The position numbers and the translations under genes are program-made. Source: Eledone cirrhosa (lineage: Eukaryota). Taken from it: a stretch of DNA of 64,000 nucleotides. The notes under the pieces were generated by a model. The model searched no databases. It was not told where the DNA came from and was given only the letters and a program-made list of their open reading frames with translations. Of the stretch, positions 37,518-48,440 are shown piece by piece (position 1 is the stretch's first letter; every line of letters begins with the position of its first letter). The stretch is from NCBI GenBank assembly GCA_964016885.1, contig OZ024740.1:291214001-291278000 (forward strand). Direction: 5' to 3'.

Positions 37518-38221
37518 ATAATAATAATAATGAAATTATTGTGTAAAGTGCTCAGGTGCACTACAACTCGTCAATATAGTACATAGAATAATACACAAAT
37601 GTCAGGGAAGTACATGTGTGTATGTGTTAGCTGTTCTGTTGGCGGATCTTGGGAAGCATGGAGGCCTTAAAGGATGCAGTGTCTCGACAGCTAACAACTG
37701 ATGCAGGTAGTTTGTTCCATGCTTCAGCAAATCTGAGCGTGAAAAAATGTTTCCGAAAGTCATGGGAACTGTGCTGTTTTCTTACTTTGTGGGCATGTCC
37801 ACGTGTGTTAGACACATGGAAATCGAAAAGGTACTCAGGGTTGTTGTTGGCAACATGGTTAACAATTTTGTGGGTGTTTACCAAGTCAGTTGCCAGGCGT
37901 CGGAGCTTCAATGAATCCATGCCCAGGGAAGCAAGGCGCTCAGAGTATGGTAGATGCCTGATGGAGGGTATTCGCTTGGTTGCACATCTCTGAACAGTTT
38001 CCAGGCGGTCAATGTCCTGAGCAAGATAGGGGTTCCAGACTGGTGATGCAAATTCTAAGTGTGGTCGCATCATAGCTGTATACAGCCTTAAATAGATATC
38101 TGGAGAGCGGCTGACAAAGGTCTTGCTGAGTGATGCTAAGACACCCTCGGCCCTCTTGACAATTTTAGAGACGTGCCTCGTCCAACGCAAATCGCTGCTG
38201 ACCGTAATGCCCAGGTCACGT
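37518..38221 (-). mobile_element. CR1-group LINE, 5'-truncated 3' end (ORF2 C-terminus at 37627-38190)
   Basis: RPHLEFASPVWNPY, LETVQRCATK, YSERL, TRGH and EAWNKLP motifs, with an (ATT)n tail. Confidence 0.9.
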
Positions 38222-38936
38222 TCACAGAATACAGTAAATTTATTTATATGTTCTGTTTACATTTTCATTCTGAAAGAATTGCAAACGATTTGTAATGTTA
38301 TTTATACAACTATGAATAAAATTTATTATTGTAATACAAATGCACTGGGTAATTGCTGGCCTTGTGCCTAAAGTAGAAACAATTATTGTAATACAGAGAA
38401 CATACTTTTATTTTGATTTTAAAATTGAAAATCCTGTCTAGAGCTGAACTGATATGTGCTATAATACTTGGAAAATACATTATCAGCTATGAAACAGCCA
38501 CCCAACCTGCTGGAAATAGCAGTCAAATCATCTATTATCATCTAAAAAGAAAGGGAAATACATTAAATACTATAGTCCTAGATATATTATGAAAGGTTTT
38601 CACTGAGGTGACTAAGGAATCCTATCTACTCTGGTTTTGAAATCAAAGTGATCTTACTCCTAGACAAACTGTCAACTAAGACTAACGAACTCTGTCTACC
38701 CGTATTTTTGTTTTGTTTTGTTTTGTTTTTTATACATTATTGGATAGCTGTTGACCCTCATGAGTTCTTCTGACCTTTGATGGGTTTTGTTTTTCATCCC
38801 ATATGGTGTCTAAAAATCACGCTCCTCACTAAGCAAGTTTGGTGGGGTTGCTGGTTTAGTTGCTGATGACCTGACCAAGTGACAAGTTGTACTGGGTTAC
38901 ATGTTACCAGTAAAGCTCAACAGTGACCTGACACAA

Positions 38937-39590
38937 TCATCATCATCATCATTATCATCACTGTTTAACGTCCATTTTCCACACTAGAATGTGTTAGACG
39001 AGTTGCCCCGTTGAGATACAAGCCCGGTCTGATGATCATGACTTACTCATGCAGGACCTGTTTTGGCTTGGATTCTATGGCTGGATGCCCTTCCTAACAC
39101 CAGCCACATTGACAATGTGTACTGGGTGCTTTTTGTCATGTCACCTATATGACCATTTTACAGTGTGGGCTGGGGACTTGGAGGGGATTAGGGGTAGATC
39201 TAGGGACATGTGTGAGTGGGTGGGGTGTGTTCAGACATGGGTGGAGTGTTAGGACGGTGGACGGGGGAGAGTTGTTAGGGTGTGGAGGTGTATGGCGGAG
39301 GAAAGGGAAGGTAGTGCTTACACGATGTATGCGTCAAGCCGTGCACATAGGAAGCGGGTCTTTTATCACCTCATCCCAAGTTTTCCTTGGTCTTCCTACA
39401 CTGTAGCTTCCATCAATCTTGAGCCCCCTGCACCATTTTATACAGCAGTCATACTTCATATGCATCACATGTCCATACCAATGCATTCTCCTCTCCTGCA
39501 CACTGCATCTGACTCTTCTTATGCCCAGTTTCTCTCGCAATTTATTTATGCTTGGCTGTTCATGTATATTACACATCCATTGAAGCATTT
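38937..39590 (-). mobile_element. Diverged 5'-truncated RTE copy
   Basis: ORF 39334-39588 (WMCN..LREKLGIR..WYGHV..GRPRKTW), 3' UTR and (TGA)n tail. Confidence 0.85.
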
Positions 39591-39879
39591 GGTTTTCTTT
39601 TTTTTTCTTCTTTTTCCTGAGTTCAAATTATACCAGGGAAATTCCTTCCACACCTGCTGCGTTGATAAAATAAGTATGAACTCAGGTGATTTGAGTGAAC
39701 AATATCTCTCCACTACAAATGTGTGACTTTGTACTAATTGTGTCACAGATTATTACTATTGTTTATAATGTCATGAGAAGCCAGTAACATTTCAATACAC
39801 CCACACAAAAAGATTAAAATATCTAAGACTTCATGTGTATCTCAGGAACAATTATTAAATATCTATATATCTATATATT

Positions 39880-40216
39880 GGAGGCACATGGCTTAGTGGT
39901 TAGAGCATTGGCTTTGCAATCGAAAGGTTGCGAGTTCAATTCTCAGACTGGGTGATGTGTTGTTTCCTTGAGCAAGACACTTTATTTCACATTGCTCCAG
40001 TTTACTCAGCTGTAGAAATGAGAGGATAGGGACTGGGGTCCCTATCATTCCACTGCAAAGTGGTCGTGGAGGTGCCACGGCAAAAAAGCACCCAGCACTC
40101 ACTGTAAATGAGGTTGGTGATAGGAAGGACATCCAGCTGTAGAAATCAAGCCAAAATCAGTTCCCGTCCCACCCTTGCAAGCAGGGAAAAAGCGGACATA
40201 AAATGAAATGAAAAAT
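39880..40216 (+). mobile_element. tRNA-derived SINE family B with an RTE-derived 3' tail
   Basis: A box TGGCTTAGTGG, B box GTTCAATTC, core CCTTGAGCAAGACACTTTATTTCAC, and a tail matching the RTE 3' UTR. Close copy at 60098-60445. Confidence 0.85.
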
Positions 40217-41149
40217 GATTGTATTGATATGGTTGTAATTTTTCAGGCAATAAACGTCAACATTAGAAAAAAAAGTGTAACAAAATTTAAATATGGGACC
40301 GTAAATATTAAAACATCTACACATTTCATCGACAGAGAAGTTAAAAATCTGAAAAATGATTATCAAATTATATGGAAGGTTTTATGATCGTAAAATAGGT
40401 AGCAGATTTTAGATAAATCAATGAACTTTGAGTTGATAAATAGATAGTATAATTGTTGGAGAGTGTGTCACTACTTATCTATGAATATTTGTTAGTTTAA
40501 TATTTTCATAAATATATAATAATAGTTTCTATGTTTATTAAAAGAAAAATATATAGCAATAGCTACATTGTTTAGTAACTAATTAAGGGAGAGTAGAGCT
40601 ATGGAATTGATACTTCGATTCGTGATGTTCCAATTATTCTTAGAGCTATCTGGCAGTTTACAAAATATAACTAATTTGGTAAGTGTAACTCAATTTAATC
40701 ATTTAAAATTACATTTGTACATATTTGTTGATTTCTTAGATGAGTACAAGCCTAATTTTCGGAGAGTAGGAGCATACAATTGATATTATTAACTTAAGTA
40801 TGTTTATTATAGTTACTTAGCCACAGCCAAACAGAATAAAATCGCAAAATACCAAGAATTATTAGCAAACTACTTTTTTTTCAGCTTGTAACAGTTGAAA
40901 TGTTTAGGGGTCTGCACTACTGATAACAAGGTATTTGTTGGTAATTTACCTCACTGAGGCACCAGGTGATGCCCATCAAGGGGCTTGGTTATTCCAGTGT
41001 CTTAGCCTAGCTATACCACCTGTGGCAATGCCGTAAGTGTGTTGACATAGCTCAAAACCTCATTACATATTTTGAGTATGTGTGTATATGTGTGATGTCC
41101 GAATAAGTATCCTCCACTTCCAACTAACTTACCCTCCGCCTCTTAATCC

Positions 41150-41430
41150 CAGTGGTCAACAGGATGGAGAATACATTGGCCCAGAGGAGGGCAAAAGAGA
41201 CACGCTTGAACAGCCACTCTACTTCTCAGGACTCACATCTGTAGGCAGCCAACTCTGATCCGATAGCATTGAGCAGGGATGTGGTCTGGAAGGCTAAGAA
41301 CACAGGAAGTCTCCACTGCTTCAGGATCTATCACAAACTAATACTTGGACAGTTTGCCCTCTTCGGCCTGGCAGGCAGCAGAGGCTGGGTTGGTAGCCGA
41401 AATGTTTATAGCATGGTGGAACTTATGTAC
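41150..41430 (-). mobile_element. CRE-like 3' fragment
   Basis: The reverse strand encodes a remnant EVEWLFKRVSFALLWANVFSIL, similar to 16740-17030. Confidence 0.55.
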
Positions 41431-41462
41431 ACGTTATGTTTGTCGCAAATCAAAGTTTTTTT

Positions 41463-41660
41463 ATAATTATTAAATTATTGTGTACAGTGCTCAGGTGCAC
41501 TACAACTCATCAAAGGTGCATGTATAGTACATAGAAAAATGTACAAATGTCAGGAAAATGGACAGTGTATGAGTCATGATATACATGTGTGTGTATGGAG
41601 GGGGAATATCAGGTGTAATGTTGGCGAATTTCAGGAAGCAGGGAGGTTTTTCGCCAACAC
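41463..41660 (-). mobile_element. CR1-group LINE 3' UTR fragment
   Basis: AAATTATTGTGTACAGTGCTCAGGTGCACTACAACTC matches 37533-37570. Confidence 0.75.
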
Positions 41661-42029
41661 TACACAATATTATGGTACATTTCCAAACAATTCAGTCCTG
41701 TGCCATCTCCTTTGTGTGGTTTATTTTCTTGTCATTGATCTTCACAACTTTGTCCCATGTCTTTCTTGATCTTGCTCTGCTGCAGGTCTCACAACATATC
41801 AATTGTAAATATTAACTTTGATGCAGTAAAAACTAAAGAAATATATAGGGAGAGAGATTGAGATAAACACAAGTATAATCACACAAATACAGGTCTACAA
41901 ACATGAAAGATTATTGATTAATAGATAGGTAAACAATCATTTCATATCAAGAAATGGCAGTATATTTGTTTTCTCCCCAATGGCTTGGTAATATCTATAT
42001 GTACACTTCAACCCCCCATACTTGGAGCT

Positions 42030-42091
<62 letters not shown>

Positions 42092-42150
42092 TTGTAAGTA
42101 TGTGATTATATCTGACTTTCCATGCTTGCCATATACACACACAATATATG

Positions 42151-42203
<53 letters not shown>

Positions 42204-42293
42204 CATCATCATATATATATATAATATATACCTTCCATATACTGTACCGATTGTGATGTTATTTCTGTTTACCTTTTACACACACAATATATG

Positions 42294-42330
<37 letters not shown>

Positions 42331-43067
42331 AATGAATAATAACAGGTAGACATCATAAAAAGGTAATTTATTCCGTGTGCTTACAAGTGTTTCCACGGTG
42401 GTGCTGCAGCCTAGTTCCGCTACGTGCAAATTCACAAGTATTTGCAGAACTCGAATATCCAATGCTGTGACCACTGTTTCCTCAGAGCAGAATGGTAAAT
42501 ATACAATGTAAAAACCCTTAAGTGGGGTTGTTGGGGAAGATAGAGTGGAACAGGAAGAGAGAAAAGTAGGGAAGAAGGAGAGAGAAGGAAAGATATGCAG
42601 GGGTTGGAGAAGTAGGAGAGAGTGGCTTGTAGATATCTTAATCAAAATGTTATGGTAGGGGTTTTATTGTTTACTTTTGGAGAGATGCTAGATAGTTGAG
42701 GTCGGAATTATTTATTGCCCCAGAGGGCAGGTTCATAGATGTTGAGAGGGAGGTAGGTCAAAGGTGAGAGAGAGAGAGTGTAATGGATGTAGAGAGAGAT
42801 ATATAGGTAGAGAGGGCACAGTGAGACTTAGTGATGCTTATATATATATATAGTTTCAATAAAACCCTGTATCACTAAGTCTTTAGGATATAAATTCAAA
42901 GTAGGGGCACAGAGTACAAAGACAATGGAAAAAACAACGGAAAGACAGACAGTCCCATCTCCTCCGTCAACCTCTGGAAATCACTACGGTTTCAGTGCAT
43001 TAAGGTCATTCAGTTCATTGAGACATAACAAAACAGGTAGAGATAAGTTATGCTTTTAGGCAAATTA

Positions 43068-43725
43068 CATTTTTCCATGCTTGCATGGTTAGAGGAGTTG
43101 TCCTGTTGTGAGAAATGCCAGGTCAGGTGACTATGTTCTGCTCATACATGACTGATTTTGGCTTGGTTTTTACAGTTGGATGCCCTTCCTAATGCCAACC
43201 ACTTTACAGTGTGGACTGGGTGCTTTTTGTCGTGTCACTTACATGACCACTTTACAGTGTGGACTGGGAGCTTTTGATTTGACACTTATATGACCACATT
43301 TATAGTGTGGGCTGGGTGCCTTTTGTCGTGTCACCATCACAACCATTTTACAGTGTGGTCTGGGGACTTAGGTGGTAGAGGTGTGTGGATATGGGGAAGG
43401 TGGGGATTTGGGCATGTGTGTGAGGGTCAAAGTGTTAGGACGTGGGAAGTAAGTGGTTGGGGGTGGGTTGCAGCATACTAGATGTATGCTTCAACCTGTG
43501 CTCATAGGAGGTGTATGGAAGAGTGGGGTGGGTGGAGTGGAGGTGAAGGTGGTGCATACTATATGTGTGCTGCAGCCTGTGTTCATGGGAAGACAAGTCT
43601 TCTGTATTACTGCATAACGCCAGAGACCTCGGTCCTGTGTCACTGCCTTTGAGAAGTGCAATTGTGTAAGATCAGCTTTTATCAACTCATCCCAAGTCTT
43701 CCTAGGTTTTCCTACTCCATAGCAT
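43068..43725 (-). mobile_element. Diverged RTE 3' end with expanded 3'-UTR repeat units
   Basis: YGVGKPRKTWDELIKADLTQLH remnant and four ~45-bp CCACTTTACAGTGTGGACTGGG units. Confidence 0.8.
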
Positions 43726-44104
43726 GTGTGTATCACATATGTATGTGTATACAGACCTGTCAACTCTCCCCGTCCAACAGAGAGATCTCCCACCCACTTT
43801 GGGAGAGGTGACAGATGTCTTCTCTTGTGAAAATGGGTATAGCTTTCATTATGTAAAATCTCCCCATTTTACCTCATTTCTACCCGTTTTGGGGCACTTT
43901 TTTTCATGGTACTCTCCGTTTGGGTTTTTAGAGGTTGGTAGGTCTGATGTATATTAGTGAACAATCATTGTCAAACAAAACATTCCCCATTGAGTTATGC
44001 TGAGTTACATCACTTTATATAAATAGGCAAAATTCACCATTCAATAAATAGAGACTGATGAAATAAGTTGTAGGTCCAATATTGGGTCAATATAAAGGAT
44101 AACA

Positions 44105-44425
44105 ACCCCTTTCAGTCATATATGACCACAGCACCTAGAAAGTACCCCTCCCAGGGACATGTCCAAGCAAGGTTGTTTGTGGAAGACCAGCAGTCGCCCA
44201 TTCATGCCAGTCTCCCCTCTCCATGCCACTGATGTTGTCCAAGGGAAAGGTAATGGTGATACAGCTTGGCACCAGTGATATCACAACTCATTTCTACAGC
44301 TGAGTGAACTGGAGCAACATGAAATAAAGTGTCTTGCTCAAGGACACAATGCATCACCTTGTCCAAGAACTCACAACCTCGTGATTGCAAGCCCAGCACT
44401 CTGACCACTAAGCCTTGCGCCTTCA
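44105..44425 (-). mobile_element. SINE family B, tail type 2
   Basis: tRNA-like head and core as at 39880, with a tail as at 8880-9075. Confidence 0.75.
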
Positions 44426-44754
44426 CTGGCTCAATATAATCCACTAAAAACTCACGAAGATGGTATGCTAGTATGTCCTGCAGTTAACCCTTTCATTACC
44501 ATATTGTCTATGATTTTGAAAATAATCAAGAATTTGGAGGGATTTTGTAATGTAACTAATTTAGTTGGTGTTTACAACATAACCTAAAGATTCTTACAAA
44601 AAATTATGATTGAAGCGTTTTAGCTAAATATAAACACCTTAAAACAGTTTTATTTCATAGACCCAAGAGTGCATTTAGGTGGTTTGGCATCAAAAGGGTC
44701 AAAAGAATAAGAGAATATAAAATATATATTTCTTTTTTTTTCTTTTTGAAATAG

Positions 44755-44788
44755 GAATATTCCATGAAAGGAACGTTTCGTCCTGTTG
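44755..44788 (+). CDS. FN3-like gene micro-exon (EYSMKGTFRPV; phase 0 to 1)
   Basis: Long polypyrimidine tract ending in tag, donor gtaagt, and phase fit with the next exon. Confidence 0.6.
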
Positions 44789-45871
44789 GTAAGTACTGGC
44801 AATATTGGTGTTTTAACTAAAATAATGGTTTCTGTTTTAACTGAAATAATATTTCCAAAATAAACTAGTTTATTGAAGTATAAGATGTTATATTTTGAAT
44901 CATGTTACTTTATAAAAAGTGAAATATTTTCATATTTGGATATAGTAAATTTGAGATGTGTTTCATTAATTTTCTTGCAAATTATTGTATATACTTATAC
45001 TTAAGTTGCCCCACTTTTGTCTTTATGATATTTTTGATTCAGTCTTTGACCCATACATAAATCGCACATGGCTTTTTGTAAATACTATTTGCCACTTTTC
45101 TTATGATTGCATTCATGGTCACATGTCTAATGAAATATACCCTATTTTAATTAATTAATGAAGAATTTAGAGGGATTTACTAAAATGATTAATTATTTTT
45201 TTACTTAAATAGTAACTTATATGAAATTATGTTGGAAGATTTTAATTTAGATTGGAAACCTTTAAAATGGGTGGTTAAATTTCATAGAACCTGAGCCAGT
45301 TTTGATTGGGTTGGTAACTAAAGGGTTAAATAATAATTAGAAAAACAAATAGGCAAAGTAATCAATTTAGCTGGTTCTATTAATTAACTGCTCCAAATTA
45401 ACTGACAGTATATGCAACATCTCATGGTATTAATTAGAATTACAGTCAGGCAATAGGCTGAAGTATACATCCAATAAAGCCTCCAGCCCATACTGTAAAA
45501 TGGTTGTGATGGTGACATGACAAAAAACACCCTGTAAAGTGGTCATGTAGGCATCACGACAAAAAGCACCCAGTACTCACTGTAAATGAGGTTGGCGTTA
45601 GAAAGGGCATCCAGCTGTAGAAATCAAGCTAAAATCAGTTCTGTATGAGCAAGACATGATCAACTGACCTAGCATTGCCCACAATAGGACAACCCGTCTA
45701 ACCATATTATGTAAGATAATTACGTGAGATAAAGCCTTTACCATGAAAATATGATAGACGAGTAATGTTAATGCTAAAGGGTTAAATGTAAATAAAAACA
45801 TGAAAATAAAGGTTTGTAGTAATATAAATTAATTAATTAAGAATTGTAATAAATTTGAGCTTAATTTTTAG

Positions 45872-46005
45872 ACATGAAGATGAAAACCGTCTACCAGAAC
45901 TCCCAGCAGACAATCATAATTAGCCAAATTCCAGAAGGAGTGCGATATATCCAACTAAATTTAGAGAGAGTAAATAAAACAATTACATTTCTAAATGTTC
46001 CTGTG
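45872..46005 (+). CDS. FN3-like gene exon (DMKMKTVYQNSQQTIIISQIPEGVRYIQLNLERVNKTITFLNVPV; phase 1 to 0)
   Basis: Acceptor atttttag, donor gtaaga, open frame throughout and an N-glycosylation sequon NKT. Confidence 0.65.
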
Positions 46006-46067
46006 GTAAGAATTTAGATAAATATTTTTTATTGTTAAAACATTGTCTTTAATTTGAAAATTGATTC

Positions 46068-48440
46068 CCTTCTTCTTCTTCTTCTTCTTCTTCTTCTTCT
46101 TCTTCTTCTTCTTCTTCTTCTTTTTCTTCTTCTCCTCCTCCTCCTCCTCCTTCTTCTTCTTCTTCTTCTTCTTCTCCTCCTCCTTCTTCTTCTTCTTCTT
46201 CTTCTTCTCCTCCTCCTCCTCCTCCTCCTCCTCCTCCGTTCTTCGCCCACTTATTCTTGAGAAGGCTGTGGGAGCAGAGTCCTCAAACACTCTTTCTCGC
46301 AGGTCATGTCAGAAACAACCATCTTCAACTGATCCAGCTGGATCTACAAGTGAGACCAGCCAAGCTCATGGATGTTATCCAACCATCTTACTCGGGGTAG
46401 ACCCCTAAGTCTCTTGCCTGTTGGTTTTGCCCATAAAATCTATCCAGCAATTCTTTTCTGAAACATTTTAACCACATGCCTATAGTATCAAAGCTGTGAT
46501 CTTTCAATTCAGAGAAAAAGCGACTTTACTTGGGGTGACATTCTGATCTCTGAGCTATGCACTCTCTTGAGTAAGGTTACTCCAAAAGTGAGTTTGGTTT
46601 TTATGCTTACCTCCCTTCTGATTACTGAATGCTGAAGCTGGTACATTACTACACAGCTCTTTAATTGCTCTTGTGACCTCAGCCTCTGAGAGATTAGTCA
46701 CCACTCCCTGGTGCCCCACATGTACATTAGAACATGCTGTCGTGATCAGGTTTAGGAGATCAGCAAAGTATTTTCTTCACCTCATGTGGATGCACCTTTC
46801 TGAAGAGAAGAGAACCACAGACACATTCTTGATAGCAAGTGTGGAGGAGGGCTTCTTATGAAGTCAGTGGATGGCTTGCCAGAACACATTATTTGCCTAT
46901 CTGAAGTCAGATTCCAGCTTAACCCCAAAATCTTCCCATGTCTTAACTTTGGATGTCTTTACTGTCTCTGTTGCGATCCTTTGTGCCTGATTGTGCTGCA
47001 AGTAGAAGATGGAGGACTTATTTGCAAGCCAGGCTTTGTAAACCTCCTTCATTGCTTGGATGGCATCTTTGACCTCTTGATTGAGCCATGGGGGTCCTCC
47101 TGCCATCCAGCATCACACTAAACCTCTTTCGCCCACAGCATTTAACAGCTGAAGCAGAAACTGCTGAGCTGAACGTCCTTAGTTTGCTCAGGGAGTTCTC
47201 TGAATTTGGATGCAATAGTATCTGCATACCTGGTCCTAACATCCTTATCCACCAATGCTTCCCACTTTATCCTGTAGGTCACCCTGGACCTGTCAGTTTT
47301 GTGGGCTTCTTTGGCTTTAGCTAGTCTCAAGTTGCAGATAGCTAGATAGTGATCAGTTGACAGCTCAGCCTCTTTCTTAATGCAAACATGCAGCACAGAA
47401 TCAGAGATCAGAGACAACAACAAAATCAATTATTGATCTATGTCCCTGATTCCCCCTTATACCATGTATATTTATGGATGTCTCTGTGCTGGAAGAAGGT
47501 GTTCATAATAGAGAGTCCATTGCTAGAACAGAAGTCAAATAAGGCCTCTCCATTCGTATTTAGATTGGGGTCACCATTCCTTCCAACTACTCCTTTCCAT
47601 GTCAGGTGGTCAGTGCCAACATCTGCACTAATGTCTTCCATCCAGATATATGACCCCAGTCTTAACCATATCTAACACTGCAGTGACTTCATCAAGCAAG
47701 GACCTGTATTTGGATTCTTTGTTTGGAGCATAAACTTGCACCACACACAAAGACCTATCTTTCAGCCTAAACTTCAAGAGACAAACTCTCCCTCCTAATA
47801 GGATCCAGTCCATAACACATTCTTACAGTCAGAGGCTTGTAGGTATCCCCACTCTCACCTGTGCAATCATTTCTGGTGCCTCACCTGAATAGTGGAGTTT
47901 CTACCTTCCATCAAAATCTACAGTATCAGAGCCACGGAACTTTGTTGAGAAAACCCTGACTATATCTAGCCGGTAGCATCTTGCCTCCTCCACTAGTTCC
48001 TGCTCCTAACCTGTAAGGGTTGTGGTGTTCCAGCTTCCAACTGCCAAGTTTTGCTCCCTTCTGAACCCTCTTTGGAGTCCAGGGTACACAATCTTTGTGT
48101 GTCCATCCTATGCCTCCTAGGACAGGTCACAGGCCCATTGTCAGTGTTTTCAGCATGAAATGGAGACTGTAATATATTTTTTGAACAGGCCCTTCTATCT
48201 AAGGCCTGAATACGCCCTATATTAACCCATATGAAGGATGATGTGGTATGGTTCTTCTTTGTTTGCTTCATCATATTGCAGTTTTAGTTTCAGTGGTCTT
48301 ATTTGTACTAGTCACTAATCTGGTTCTTTGTCAAACCAGTGAAGACTAGGCTTTTTTAGAGGCGGCCTTACTTGCTTCGTAGCTACGTCACTGGTTTGTG
48401 AGAGTTTTCTTGGGAGCTACATGAGTCACCCATTGCTCCA
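46068..48440 (-). mobile_element. Degenerate Rex3/Expander-like RTE LINE with internal RT deletion and an expanded (GAA/GAG)n tail
   Basis: APE remnants (VQVYAPN, GVVGRNG, IMNTFFQH..HKYTW, LSTDHYL) at ~47300-47990. The 3' region matches 21800-22165, and (TTC/TCC)n lies at 46068-46240. Confidence 0.8.

Noticed and set aside
40885-40930. Exon-like segment with a good acceptor and an AAG|gtattt donor
   Set aside because: Stops in all three frames. At most a non-coding exon, which cannot be supported from sequence alone.
41672-41804. Hydrophobic stretch MVHFQTIQSCAISFVWFIFLSLIFTTLS as the signal-peptide exon of the FN3-like gene
   Set aside because: Plausible composition, but the donors are weak or phase-incompatible with the exon at 44755 and it abuts a CR1 fragment. 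Unsupported without RNA data.
42346-42494. Candidate exon ending ATG|gtaaat upstream of the FN3-like exons
   Set aside because: No polypyrimidine tract and stop codons in all three frames. It could be UTR or an old transposon remnant.
45991-46408. Poly-E/K/R/L/F ORFs, and similar (TA)n, (CA)n and (GA)n ORFs at 15600-15950, 41937-42339 and 58830-59108
   Set aside because: Translations of microsatellites.
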